From Camelus dromedarius (lineage: Eukaryota): a stretch of DNA of 64,000 bases. The translations under genes and the position numbers were made by a program. Where the stretch lies: the NCBI RefSeq assembly GCF_036321535.1, contig NC_087437.1, positions 23,128,001 through 23,192,000 on the forward strand, written 5' to 3'. The stretch's first letter is position 1; each line of letters opens with the position of its first letter. Below, piece by piece: positions 51,231 through 64,000 of the stretch. The notes below the pieces were generated by a model. It saw only the letters and a list, made by a program, of their open reading frames with translations. It was not told the DNA's origin and did not search any database.

Positions 51231-51882
51231 GCCTTTGAATTATGACCTGGGTGTATCCTGATGAGAGGACATAAACATTCTGGTCCCAAACAAAGTCTAA
51301 GCCCCACTGTAAATAACAAATTGACATTCTGATTTACCAACATGTTTTACATTTGGGGGAATTAAACAAGCCAAGTTCTAATCACATGTGAGTAAGCTGA
51401 CAAAAATAAAATGCACTGGACAATTAAGGATCAAAGCCAGAAATCATAATCTAAATCTATTCACCTTTTTAACTTTGACTACAATACATAAATTTAAGCT
51501 AGCTCTCTATAAACCATGATATAGGAATACCTTATGCATTGATAGAAAACAACATATTCCATTATGTTCCTGTGGTCCAACAATAAAGCCCAGGCCAGAT
51601 AATAATTATTGCCCAGTTTATAATAACAGACATCAGCATAAGAAATATTTATTCCCCTCATAACTAATTACTAGATTCTACCATTACCGTTCAATGTCAA
51701 CATGTTAATTAGTGAGTTACATGAGTAGCATATGTGTCAACCATAACAAAATAAAAATTGAAAATTTGAAGTGTTTCCTCTTCATGTTTCTCTTATTCCC
51801 TTCAAAAATGGGGTGGGACAGCCAGAGAGTGAAAGTATCACACTTTTTCACAAAGAACCTCCTTGTCAGGGCACCTCTAGTA

Positions 51883-52076
51883 CAGTAAACCTCAGCTGTG
51901 GCTCTGTCACGCCTAGGACGGAAGGAAAGGTGAAGGCGAGTTTAGTTACATTAACTAAGGGATGCTACCAGTGCTTTAACAGGTGAATGACAGGAATGCT
52001 AAACATCCTGGAACGCACTGGACCACCCCACGCAGTGAAGACTTGTCCTACTGAAAACACCAAGGTGCCCCTGTTG
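51883..52076. mobile_element. MER20-like hAT-Charlie MITE remnant
   Basis: gggatgctaccag...caggaatgctaaacatcctggaacgcactggaccaccccac...gtgcccctgttg. Confidence 0.55.
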
Positions 52077-52951
52077 CCACGTAGGGTGGGGGTGGTGTTG
52101 CCTCTTCTTTGACTCCTCCACTGTATTTAGCACAATATTTTACACTATAGTTATTGGCTATTCTATTGTGTGTTATATTTTAAAACTATAAATAAATGAA
52201 CTATCCAAAACATAATGTGTTATGAAACATGCAGGGATTTATATCTCTGACCCAGGAAGAATATAAAAATTTCATTTTGGTTGACCATTCCATAATTTAT
52301 AGTTAGAAGCAATTTTTCCACCCACTCCAGGCCCTGTTTAAAGTGAATTATTTCTCTTCTTTTAAAGGTGGCCTAGATCCTTTTTATTTAAGCATGGTGC
52401 ATGCATCGTAAATTAATGCTGGCCTTCGCCAATGTAGCCGAGAATACAGTAGAATTACTGGAATCTCTTTATTCTTCTGGAATTGCTGTGTAATCAGTTG
52501 TATGGCCTAATATTCCATTAGCGAAATTATTCTCAGTGTCTGTATTCATTAAGTAGAAGAAAGAAGAAGGTTTAATCTGCTCTGATTCTTGTTTCCATAT
52601 TTTTCATATACTACAAAGGTAAAATATCCTTGGACTTTTTTTTCCCCCAATTTATGAGTTTTCCTTGCACAAAAGTACAGAGTAACATATGTGGGACAGT
52701 GTGGGCTTTTAAAGTTGTTTAACTCATATTCATCTGTTTTCATTCAATAATCAAATATTGCATTTCTGTAATTTTACAGATGTTCGACTACCTACTGGAG
52801 GTATGCATACTAGTAAGAGTTTCTGCTCATAAGATCTTGGAATTTAAAGGGGAAGACAAGCAGTTGAGTGCAATAAAAAGATGCATGTTCTGTGGTGAGA
52901 GTAGACTCAGTTCATAAATGAAGCCCAAGTAAGGGATGAACCAGTTCTACC

Positions 52952-52954
<3 letters not shown>

Positions 52955-52990
<36 letters not shown>
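52955..52990. repeat. (GT)18 microsatellite
   Basis: Perfect array read directly. Confidence 0.97.
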
Positions 52991-52992
<2 letters not shown>

Positions 52993-53277
52993 TGAGGGAT
53001 AGGAGACAGTTGAGGGGAGTGCCTCAGTGAGATGGTGACACTTGAGCTGGTTCTTGAAAGATGAATAGATGTTAATTACGGAGGCAAAGGGAAAGGAAAC
53101 AGGAAGAGAAATAGCCAAGCAAAGGCAAAGAGGCAAGAAGCAGTGAGGCACTGTCGTGCATCTGGAGCCCATTTCTCAGATCTAGATAGTGGTGGTAAGG
53201 AGATATGGCTGGGGAGACGGGTTGACAAAGCCCTGTACACGATGCTATAGGGATTGAAGTGTATACTATAAGCTACA

Positions 53278-53463
53278 CAGTGATTTGCAAAGTATAGTTT
53301 CAGTCGTGTCAACAATGCCACCTTGTAACTTATTAAAGACGCTCATTCCGAGGCCCAACCCAAACCTACTGATTCAGGACTTCTGGGGGGTGGGGTTCAA
53401 CAGTCTATATGTTTCAACCAGCCTTCTAGGTGATTGAAGCATGCTAAAATTTGGGAACCAGTG
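53278..53463. mobile_element. MER5A-like hAT-Charlie MITE nested in L2
   Basis: cagtgatttgcaaagt...gaggcccaacccaaacctactgattcagg...ttctaggtgattga...aaatttgggaaccagtg. Confidence 0.8.
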
Positions 53464-56084
53464 GGCTAAGAGAAGCCCCCAAGTGGCACTCAGCTGGTGA
53501 TGATATGTTCAAATCTCTGCTTTAAAAGATGATTTTAATGAAATTTTGATTAGAGGGAGGTAAAATCAGCAGAAAGACCATTTATGAGTACAGGCTGACC
53601 ATCATGAGACCATGAAGATGTGCCAGTATGAGATACCAGAAAGGAAAGAGAAAGGTGGAGAAGTTACAAAGGACATTGAAAGAGGAAGATTTAACAGGAT
53701 TTGATTCAGAACAAAGAGAAGACCCCGATAGCTACCATACTTCTGCCTTTAATGACTTGATGGTGAAAAAGTGGTGTTCTTCATAAGTTAGAGTGTGCAA
53801 AACAGGGAGCACTTCTGTTTTAAATATACTGAGGTTGAATTTCCTGCATCACAGTTGAGCAGAAATATTGAATAGACAAATGGTTGTATAAACATGGTGG
53901 TCTAGAATGAGTCTTGGGCTGAACATGGAGATGAGTAAGTCTTTAGCTATTTTAGAGATTGATGGTGTAAGAGTAAGGCAGTGTGTTGGATAGAAAGAGA
54001 AGATACAGTGTAATGCTTCAGGGTCTTCTGTGGGCTCTGCACTAAAGGAAACACCTTCACATGTGACCGAGAATAAATGGTATACTACTTGGTGAGATTA
54101 GAGGAAAACTAGGAGAGTGTGTGATCCTAGAGACCAAGGGGAGGGAAAATCCCAGGAGGAAGGAATGGGTCATCACTGCCAAATTATGGAAAGATGAGAC
54201 CCAGAAGAATCTTCTTATTTTGATTTTAGGGGCTTGTTGGCAGCCTTGGTTGGGACAGTTTCTCTAGTACAGAGAGGATAGTTTTTCTGGTCCAGCAAGG
54301 ACAGCAGACTCCCCAGTTTAGACAAAGGTGCCAGTTTTATATGTTTCTAAAACCACTGATGTGGTTAAGAAGCCAGTGTTCAGCATTCACGTGAAGTTGC
54401 CAGCTGAACTAACTGAAGTAGAGAAAATTTAAGTTCTTGAGAAGAGAGGATATGATTCCTCCTAGATGGAAGAAAGGGGAATGGAGGCACTGAACAGTGA
54501 GATGAAGGGATGAGTGAGGCCCGCATCCTCAGCAGGCAGAGCTAAACTTACAGCCGAGTGAACCTAAGACACCAGTCCTTGAGTCACAACGAGGAAATAT
54601 GAGAGACCTTGGCAGCTGCAGCTTCAAGCTGATAACAGGAAATAGCGACATCTACATACATAGAGAAGGATGTTTGTTTCTATATGCAGGAATATTCACT
54701 TTTCCATTTGCCTATCTTATTCCCAATGAGCAAAGGTAAGACTCTGATCCCTCCCCTAACATGAGTTCAAAACTGTGGGGTAAAGATTCCATGGGTCCTC
54801 TAGTCTCTGACGTTGGCTTCTGCCATGATCCTGGATGTTAGGTTTATACTTAAGTTAAATCTGAAAATTTCACTCTAGTCAAAACCTGAAACATTTTTGT
54901 GATTGGAAGACCAAGATAGCCGGGAAGTTTGGGCTTTATTAGACTTGTGCTCCTGGCCCTTGGTGGTAGTGGTCTTTAACTGAAGTGAAATGGTGTCTTT
55001 TTTTTTTTTTCAACAAGAACCATGAATATTTATTGAGCCTTAATTTTTGAAGTAAATGTTCTAAAGAAACACCGCTCATTGATTGCCATGTAAAACCATA
55101 ATTTTAATTTTCAAGTGCCTTTTTACTCTGTGATAGCTTGTACCCACTGACCTCTCTCCCACATAAGGGCAGGAATCAAGTCAATTAATAACCTGAGATG
55201 AAATAAAATAGTCTAAGACTGTTCTCTGGCTTCTTATTTTTAGGACTGGGTTAGAATGAAACCTGTCCCTGGAGTTTGGGAGAATTAGTTCATGATACCC
55301 AGTAGCAATAAATACTTAATTGGCTCCTGGTCTAATTCTGGGTGTCTGAGACAGAATCTATTTAATAATTTAGGCTCCATTATTTTAGGATTGAATTGAA
55401 ATGACCTTTGAATATCTGGGGTATGTATTTCCTTGAAAATCTCTGTTATCTCTGAGCTTCAAACATTCGTGCTGCTCATAACATACCATTCGGCTCTTAT
55501 TTGACAATGAAGCATAAATTTCATTTGTCATGTTCCCCTGCCTTTTCTGTCTTACTAGCTTAAGTGGAAATATCCAAGTACCAAGTCTCACAGTTTTTTC
55601 CTCCTCTTAAGAAATTACTGCTATGGTGGAAAAATCATATTAATTTTGTGTAAAGAGAGTATTTCAATTATAAAGAAGTTGGGAAAAAATACAAAGGAAA
55701 TTCTATCAAGTTTTTATTTTGCAGAGAAATTAGTAACAAAGAGGATATACTTGTGGAAACAGTTTTGTACATTTCTATCATTTAAATGATTATGAAGCCA
55801 AATTGCCTATGAAATCACAATCTTAAAAATATATATCTCCATTTTAATGTATATAAATGTTATGATCTGCTTTGAAGTGCATATATATAAGCCATTTAGT
55901 TTGTGTTTTGTAATGTATGTCAGATTATATGATATAAATGGGCTGTACAGACAAATAACAAATGATTAATAGAATTACTCAGTGATAATGTAAATGTTTA
56001 CTGCCATTTGGTTTGACAGTAAATGCAGCCAATATTTTTTGTTTCTTCTATACAATAGATTCTGCTATTTATTTTTGCAGTTTT

Positions 56085-56730
56085 TGCTGCAAACAAAACT
56101 GACACGGTCCCAGCCTTCAAAAAGTATGTGGGTTAATGAGAAAGACAGACGAAAAGTAAGCAATTAAGAGTGCGACAGGTGTCATGAGAAGCAAAAAGAT
56201 AGTAGAATGAATAGCAATGTAGACCTATTCTGACTTGGGGGCCAGGGCTTACTGGAGAAAGGGAAATTTAAACTCATAACTGAAGAATGACCAAGTAGAA
56301 GAGTCAGACTTGTCTTGGGTGTATCTACGGCCAGAGAGTGAGGGAAATTATCAGGGATGAGCCGTAAACGGGAAAGGGTCCAGGATGACTGGGACAGAGT
56401 GCCAATCGGAGAGTGGTAAAAGATGAAGCTTTCAGAGCAGATGGGAGCCAGGTATGAAGGACTGTATAGCGTCCAACGTGTCCAAGAGATTTGATTTCAT
56501 CGGAGGCCTAGAGGAAGCAACTATTGGGTTTTAAACAGTGGACATCTGTGATTATATTTGTGTTTTTACAACACAAATGTCTCTAGATAATAGAATGGAG
56601 AAGAACAGGAGTGGAAGTGACAATACTGGCTTATAGGCCATACAGTTGTCCTGATAAGGCAAGATGGCAACTTGGATTAGGGCCATGGCAGTGGCCATGT
56701 AGATATGTGGACAGTTCTGACAGATAATTA
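56085..56730 (-). mobile_element. L2 LINE fragment
   Basis: gacacggtcccagccttcaa...gggagccagg...gaggaagcaactattgggttttaaacag...gatggcaacttggattaggg. Confidence 0.7.
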
Positions 56731-56981
56731 AGCTATAGAGACAATAGGTCTTGGTGCTTGATTGTGAGTGTGTGTGTGTGTCTGTGTGTGTTGGGTATCA
56801 CCACTAAAATAAAGAAAGGAAATTCTACTAAATTTATGGCTTAAGAAGCTAGGTGGAAGGCAGTGATCTTTAGCAAATATTACTGAATTACTGGTGGATT
56901 CCAATGAGAATGAATTCCATTTTCTGTTATGGTATGAAATGATGCAACCTACAGAAGTAAGCAAATTTAAAATATGTGCCA

Positions 56982-57013
56982 TTACAACACTGTAAGCTGA
57001 CTATACTTCAATA
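56982..57013 (+). mobile_element. Extremely 5'-truncated L1 tail
   Basis: acaacactgtaagctgactatacttcaata is the L1 terminal motif (compare acaacattgtaaactgactataact at 63961-63985). Confidence 0.7.
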
Positions 57014-57015
<2 letters not shown>

Positions 57016-57088
<73 letters not shown>

Positions 57089-57124
57089 TATATGTAATAA
57101 TATATATATACACACACACACACA
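57016..57124. repeat. Compound (AT)25(CA)11...(TA)n(CA)n microsatellite
   Basis: Read directly; occupies the position of the L1 poly(A) tail. Confidence 0.95.
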
Positions 57125-57769
57125 AAAACTGTCATTGTATTATAACCTGCTAAATATTCTCATGTGTGATGTAGTCCTTAAGGAATATTACTTCTGTATG
57201 AATTATTTTGTTCACAGAACACCTTATATAAATTAAAATCATTTTTATTCAACTTTCCAGTTAATTATAGAGCATTATATTCTCGCTGTGAGATAAAAGG
57301 CCAACAATAAGCACATGCTTTTAAACATACTACAAATTATTTAAATTACACATTCCCACAAATGAATCTTGGGACCCTCTCTCAGGGAGTCTTCTTTATT
57401 CTTGTTCCTGGCACATCCCACCTTCAACCTCTAACTGAGGGAGGGGGCACTTCTCTTCTCTCTGATCTCCCTGCTTTATCTCCAGAGTGCTTACCTGTGC
57501 TCTTCCAACATCGTCCTCTTTGCCTCCCCAATGCCATTCTCTTGTTCTGTCTCTTGTCTTCTTCCAAGCTGATGACCTTCCATGTGTCCAGAGCTCTTCT
57601 GGCCTTTCCAGCTGGAGACTTTTGTACCACAAACTACCCAACACATCAAAGCAGAACCCAGTCTCTGCTGCATTGGGATCAATTTCCCTTCTGAGCCTCT
57701 TTTCATGGATTACATCTAAATCCCTTGGAGTCAGCAGACTCCTCTTCTTATGGAGTTAATGGAAGCAGG

Positions 57770-58768
57770 CAACGTGAGTCGAGCACTAAATGACACTCTG
57801 TGCTTAGCATTTCAAGTGCATGATTTCATCTGCTTTGCACACCAACACTGTGCAGCTGCTGTGGTGAGTAACCCTATTTTATAGGCAAAGAAACTGACAT
57901 TTGGAGTGGATACACAACTCTTAGTGTCACACGGTTAATAAATGACAAAATACAAACATTAAACAATGTTGTTCAGACTCTCAAAGCAGAGTATATTCTC
58001 TTTTTTTCTAATTTTTTTATTGAAGTATAGTTGATTTACAATGTTGTGTTAGTTTCAGGTGAACAGCAAAGTGATTTAGTCATACACACAAACACACACA
58101 CACACACATACACATACGTATTATATATACATATATACATACTTACATACACACACACGTATATTCTTTTCCAGGTTCTTTTCCATGATAGGTTATTACA
58201 AGATACTGAATACAGTTCTTTGTGCTGTACAGTAAATTCTTGCTGTTTATTTTATATATAGTAGTGTGTATTTGCTAATCCCAAACTCCTAATTTATCCC
58301 TCCTCCCTTTCCCCTTTGGTAATCATAAGTTTGTTTTCTATGTCTGTGAGTCTATTTCTGTTTTGTAAATAAGTTCATTCATATCATTTTTTTAGATTCC
58401 ACATATAAGTGATATCATATGATATTTATATTTCTCTGTCTGCCTTACTTCAGTTAGTATGATAATCTCTAGGTCCATCCATGTTGCTGCAAATGGCATT
58501 ATTTAATTTTTTATGGCTGATTAATGTTCTGTTTAATATACATGTGTGTGTGGGTGTATGTGTATATATGTGTGTGTGTGTGTGTGTGTATCTCCATTCA
58601 TCTGTCAGTGGACTTTTAGGTTGTTTCCATGTCTTGGCTATTGTAAATAATGCTGCTATGAACATTGGGGTGCGTGTATCTTTTCAAATTAGAGTTTTCT
58701 CTAGGTATATACCCAGGAGTGGGATTGCTGGATCAAGCATTGAGTATATGCTCTTAACCACTCTGCTA
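57770..58768 (-). mobile_element. MIR split by an L1 insertion (about 57770-57985 and 58750-58768)
   Basis: ccctattttataggcaaagaaactgac...cagactctcaaagc | gctcttaaccactctgcta. Confidence 0.65.
58001..58734 (-). mobile_element. 5'-truncated cetartiodactyl-type L1 with TSD
   Basis: Minus translation MFIAALFTIAKTWKQPKSPLTDEW (ORF2p C-terminus); TSD aagcagagtatattctctt (57984-58002) vs aagcattgagtatatgctctt (58735-58755). Confidence 0.93.
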
Positions 58769-59764
58769 AAGGACCATTTACCACATAACTGGTCAGTTAT
58801 CAGTCATATGAATTTTGTTTAGATATTTTTGGTGAACTTGTCCTCTCCATTTTCACTCCTGGAGTCTTAGATCAGATCTTTACACATCATACAAGGATAA
58901 ATGTAACAGCTTTTTGCAGGATGCATTTGATATGTTGATACCTTAATAATTGTTTTAAAGATGGCTTTTATTATTAATATCTTAGATAATTGTTTTGAAT
59001 TGCTGTGCCCTGGATAGGCCACACCTCATACAATCTATTAAGTCCTCCACCCCAGTTTCTATGCACAGTCCCAATCTACAGGTTTCCTTCAGCAAATTGC
59101 AACATGCTACAACTGCCTTTTCTCCAAACTCTATTCTGTTAACTGGCAGCTGCTAACGAGATGGGCATCTGGTCTAGGGATATCCAATATACAGACTCAC
59201 AGACGAAGAGGTGAAGGGGTGAATGCTTTATCCAAGGAATGACTCAGAACTAACCTTCTCTTTCAGGATTTGACTTGCCATGTGAGAAAAGTCAGCTCAG
59301 TGGAGGAAGGAGCAAAAGTAGAGAGAAGTAGAGAATCTTCATAAAAAGATTCATCAGACAACGTGACTAGATTGTTATGAGAAGGAAGCACAATTAGCTC
59401 TTGCCTCTTTAGAGCCCTGGAGCCTGAACCACACTCAGGTGTGGTGATCTGGTTACTGTGAAGCTAGGTCGACTATGGTTTCTGTTCTCTGATGGTCCCT
59501 GGGTTCTTTTGAAACCTTGTCATGCATTGTCTTTAGTTCTATGTTTCCTCCTAAAAACAAACAATTGCATGTTACTTGAAGGAATTGAGCAAGACAGTGT
59601 TTGTTTTTTCCTAAAAGAACCCAACACGGGATCTTTGCTTTTTTTTATCACATTAAGTCACATAGGAATGATAATAACAACTGGCGACTACTACATGTAC
59701 CTCACATGCCAGGGGCGATGCGAAATTCAAATGCATGGCCTTGCTTAGTCCTCTCGGTCTTTTC

Positions 59765-59900
59765 AAATGGGTTTTCTTAACTTTCATTAATAGATGAAGC
59801 AACTGAGGCACAAAGAAGTTCAGTAATTGGTCCAAGGTCACATACCTAGTTAATGGCAAAACTGAGATTTGAGCTCTGGTCTATGTGATTCCATTATCTA
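59765..59900 (-). mobile_element. MIR fragment
   Basis: atagatgaagcaactgaggcacaaagaagttcagtaattggtccaaggtcacatacctagttaatggc. Confidence 0.8.
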
Positions 59901-60560
59901 CATTGCTTGTTACCTTACTCTGTCAATCCTTCTTTATATGGTTCTGAGGACCTCCATGATTTCCTGACATACAACTTTGTGGTCCCGTTAAAATCAATTT
60001 TATTTTATTCACTGTTTTTTTTTTTCTTTTGAGGGGTGCTGTTGTTACTTCCACCAAGATTATCTTCTGACCTTATCTAATTAAATCTTAAAATTCCTTG
60101 AGGATTCCACCTCAAACCTCTTTAAAGTTTTCTATATCCATGCTGCTTTTTCCATAGCAAGAACACACAATTTTACATTGCTGAATCTCCCATTCCATTG
60201 GTCAATACCACGTCACATAAGTACGTCTTTTCTCCCCAGTTAGGTTAATTTGATATCTGGAGTCATGTCTTTTCTTCTCTACTTCTATGAGAAATATTTC
60301 ATGGTAGGTCATGGTAGACTTCACCACATCAAATACTCAATTTGCTGTTTGATTAAAAGAGAGTAAATATATTAAGTAATATGTATAAAATATATTTTGC
60401 ATTTAGTTTTACATTGAAAGATTTGGGAATGATAAGTAATTTCAGTCAACCTCAATCGAAGTCATTTCTGTCACTTGACAACTAAATGACCGATCCTTTG
60501 TGTATCCAGAGAATGTATGTCAGTTTAGTTTTATTTCAAGTCTAGTTAAAAACAAAATGA

Positions 60561-61065
60561 TGATAGTGGACATCTTTGTCTTTGCTACCCGGCAACTATT
60601 CTCTCTCCTCTTAGTAATAAATTCACAATTGTATTTTGATGAACAACACCCTCCTTTATTCTCAGTCCCTGTAGTTCAGTGCAGAAATCTTCACTTCTAA
60701 CTCCTAGCTCACTGGAACTGTATTGCTCCGGTCACTATGATTCAGGAAAGGACAGAGACCCAGTCAAAGGAAATAAAATGCAAGATGACTTTCTGGAATC
60801 ATTGAAGGGAAGGCATGGCTGTTGTCTCCTGATCTTGTTAGTAATGAGGAAGATGTGAGCCAGAAGCTAGGCGAGGCTACATGAGGAGCCTGAAAACAAA
60901 CCTGACAGAGAAACCAAGTCCAAATCATACTGAATGCATTCTTGAATCACACTTAACAAGAACCCACTCTAGCCTCTTCAAATACCTGACCCAGTAGAGT
61001 TCCTTTTTTAGCTTAAGTTGGTTTGTGTTGAGATTTCTTTCATATATAATCAGAGGAGTTTCAGC
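60561..61065 (+). mobile_element. MaLR LTR (MLT1K/L-like)
   Basis: tagtggacatctttgtctttgctacccggca...ttcctttttagcttaagttggtttgtgttgagatttc. Confidence 0.65.
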
Positions 61066-62027
61066 TCACCTTTTTTTACCAAATAAGGAAGAGATTGAAA
61101 TGTTCACTGCCCATTCCTTGCAAAACAAAAAGTAAACTCCACACATTCCACTCATCCTGTACTATGTAGTTAGTATAGTACCATAACCAGCTATTATCTA
61201 ACTTTAATTATAAAAAAGATGAAGTAAGTTCTGTTAATAGGTAAACTGGGCAAACACCTAACCCTGACTCTGCTCATTGTACATCTTAAAGAATTTCTGT
61301 TCTGTTTTATTTAAGTCAAATATAACTTCTACTTTTCCCTGCTCTGTGTGCTTTGTGTTGGTACAGCTAGGTGGTATCTGTCTTAAAGAAGGATGTGAGG
61401 GTTAGGAGTCTTGCTAACTCACCTGAAGTGAACAGGGCTATTTGGACGTAGCTCTATACACAAGAAGTGCCCTGCATATTTCTAGACCAGCCTGGTAAGT
61501 CAGTCCTCAGGGCAAACAGACCCAAATTGAGCAGTACACATCAATTGACTTTTGAAATAGAAACTTCTTCAATTTCTTTGTCACAAAATAATTGAAAGAT
61601 TTCTAGCTCATATGTCTGGCTGCTTCATTTGGAAGTAAGTTGATACAGTCCTTCTCACACAGTATTATCGACATGCATTACACCAGAGTATTTATTAGCA
61701 GTATTCACTGTAATCACTGTAAATCACCGGGGAGGTCTAGGAATCGCAAGATATTAATGTTTAACTGCACAAGATTACCATGAGTTTTATCTTTCGAAGT
61801 ATTACGGTTTATAAAGACAGTCCCATAATGTCAGTTTAAATGTCCCTTAAGTCATCATTTTATTATAACTAAATCTTGCTGTTAACTGGGACTTAATTCA
61901 GGAAAAAAAAAAGATTGAGAAATACAAGTCTTTGTCTGCTGTGATTATGATGAATACTATATCATTCAGGAAACACTTTAGATTTGGTATTTTTATTGCA
62001 AAATCTAGACTATGTGGAGAAAATTGC

Positions 62028-62480
62028 TTATCTGTTAGACTGTTTTCAGCTACAGGTAAAAGAATACCAAAATTAAAGTGACTTACACAATAAGGATTTA
62101 TGATCTAACGTAAAAAGAAGTCCAGAGTTGGCAGGCCTTGGGTTTTATCTTCCGACAAAGCAGTGATGGGGTTCTTCCATCTTCTATTTTTGGTGATTTG
62201 GCTTTAGTTTTCATGTGTGTCCCCTTGTGGCTACAAAATAACCTCCAGGCAACAGGATATCCTCACACAACATGTTCAAAGGCAGAAAGAGGTCTTTTTT
62301 ATTGAGGAAGAAAACCTTTCCCAGAAACCCAGAGCAGACTTGCAACAGGTTTCCCTTGACCAGCTCTGGCTTATAAATTCGTAACCAGACTGGAAGTGAG
62401 GCCCAGGAAGTAAGAATCTAGGATTCTCAGCATCCACAGTGGGTAGATGGCAAGGAAAACCAGCAGGAGAACCTGCCACG
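62028..62480 (-). mobile_element. MaLR LTR (MLT1J-like)
   Basis: tgttagactgttttcagctacaggtaaaagaatacc...aagaagtccagag...aaacctttcccagaa...cctgccac. Confidence 0.65.
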
Positions 62481-63174
62481 CCTAAGCTGGCAGGCTATTC
62501 TGCTGTATGATTACTTTGTAAAGAGGCAGAAATGTTGCTGCAGCAGCTGTTGCAAATGAGAGTATAGTAGAACCCCAAATTCAGTGATTATTGATGGATT
62601 TGCCTTTGGGAGGAGTGGAACGGAGCTTTCTACTCAAATCATCTTTTTTTAAGAGTCATCTTTGGCCTTTGGGGTTCTCCCCAGAGAGTGGGTCTATATG
62701 TTAAAGAAAACCCTTCCTAGTCAGTGAGGGCAGCGTTTTGCTTTAGAATGGGTGCTGTGCTCTTAAATAAGTGGGCATGCATCCTTTTCATTCGTTGTAA
62801 AGGTTTCCCTTTGTGTTCTTGCTGTTGTCAAAGGCCTATGTGTGTTTTATAAGTGGAGCTCTAGGCTGTTGTGTTGTGACGGAAGTCTATCTCATTTAAG
62901 AATAGCAAAGTTTCCTAAATTCAAGAGGCTATGAATCTAATTATGTTGTTTGGAATGATTCCTGGACAGGCTTCTCATCCCACTAGTTGTTTTCCTTTTA
63001 AGACTGAAAAGGTGAATATTCAAGTAAACACACACACGACAAAACAAACCCAAAATTCTAAAACCTGGCAGACCAATGCCTGTTTAAATTTGATATATAA
63101 AATCGAATGATTTCTTTTTCCTTTTATCTTTGTCCGTTGTTGAATGGTCTGCTTCTTTTGAACATTTTATATGC

Positions 63175-63630
63175 AATTTAATTAACATTTACTGAGTTCC
63201 TAACATAGAAAAGCCATCATACTAAGCTCTGTAGGAACACAACTAAAATGTACTTATTTGTAAGGAACTTACCATCTATGAACAAAACAGATCAATATGT
63301 AAATGAGTACAATGCAAGGTATCAGCCATTCACTTTTACCTGAAGTTTAAACACCTACTACAGAAATAAGCAGTCAGTTCTCTGCAGGATCCGTGGAGAT
63401 TTTGTGGAGGACTTGTCTATACATTTGCTTCTTAGGATGGGCAAACAAAGAAGAATAAGACTCTGGTGGTCCAGATTGCGGGATCCAAATAAGAGGAAGG
63501 TGCATTTTGGGATTAGGAAATGCTGAGCAGTTGGATTAGTTGGACTATCCAGTCAAGTTGGACGAGAGCAGATGAGGGACCTGAAAAGGTGGACTTGAGC
63601 TAGACTGAAAGCCACACAAAGAAGTACAGA
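63175..63630 (-). mobile_element. L2 3'-end fragment
   Basis: aacatttactgagttcctaac...taaggaacttaccatcta. Confidence 0.55.
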
Positions 63631-63714
63631 AGCAACACTGAGCTGCTCTATTCCTGGCCAAAGCATGAGCTCCTCTATACTTTACAACTTACATGCCTCT
63701 CTTTGTAAATCACC

Positions 63715-63840
63715 GACATTTGTTAGATACTATGTTCTGCTCAACATTCCAGGCACTTCAATTGTACTAACTCATATAATCCTCGCATAAACCCTAGTTA
63801 TTGCTTATTACTATAAGTTCATTTTATATATCAAGAAATT
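63715..63840 (-). mobile_element. MIR fragment
   Basis: acatttgttagatactatgttc...ctaactcatataatcctcgca...ttcattttata. Confidence 0.55.
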
Positions 63841-64000
63841 TAGCACAGGGAAATATATACAAGATCCTGTAGTAGCTCATGGTGAAAAAGAATATGAAAA
63901 TGAATATATGCATATTCATGTATGACTGAAAAATTGTGCTGTACACCAGAAATAGACACAACATTGTAAACTGACTATAACTAAATGAAAATAAATTAAT
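63841..64000 (+). mobile_element. Young L1 3' end (probably camelid subfamily), runs to the window edge
   Basis: tagcacagggaaatatatacaagatcctgtagtagctca...tgaaaaattgtgctgtacaccagaaatagacacaacattgtaaactgactataac. Confidence 0.85.

Larger units (their letters stand above)
52730..54270 (-). mobile_element. L2 LINE, long fragment interrupted by (GT)n and MER5A
   Basis: ttcattcaataatcaaatattg...gagatggtgacacttgagctgg...gaggaaaactaggagagtgtgtgatcctagagaccaaggg. Confidence 0.7.

Noticed and set aside
52760..52806. Apparent 21-nt microexon: ttttacag|ATGTTCGACTACCTACTGGAG|gtatgc (MFDYLLE)
   Set aside because: It lies inside the antisense 3' end of an L2 remnant, I recognise no protein, and no partner exons were found; most likely chance splice-like signals
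1..64000. CRISPR arrays, operons, prokaryotic or viral coding systems, CpG-island promoter
   Set aside because: No regularly spaced repeats, no long ORFs and no CpG island; the sequence is repeat-rich mammalian non-coding DNA

Overview
AT-rich, CpG-poor mammalian genomic DNA. It is most likely camelid (alpaca, llama or camel), inferred from two tRNA-derived Vic-1-type SINEs and cetartiodactyl-type L1 3' ends. I recognise no protein-coding exon, RNA gene, CpG island or CRISPR array, so the window looks intergenic or deep intronic. The ORF track is explained by decayed L1 ORF1/ORF2 pieces, antisense repeat ORFs and chance ORFs. The window is dominated by transposable-element fossils: old MIR, L2, L3/CR1, L1M, MaLR (MLT1) LTRs, MER5A, MER20-like and MER104; and younger L1 3' ends, Vic-1 SINEs and an intact-looking 627-bp ERV1-type solo LTR. 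I did not find a new biological system. The most interesting observations are mutational-mechanism footprints: (1) an exact 27-bp hairpin-forming sequence copied 541 bp downstream into an L1 remnant; (2) a 5'-inverted L1 joining the ORF1 end to the ORF2 end; (3) a tripartite inverted L1 chimera; (4) a three-level nested TE stack; (5) microsatellites arising at homologous L1 positions. Repeat family names come from recalled consensus sequences, not a database search, and boundaries of old repeats are approximate.
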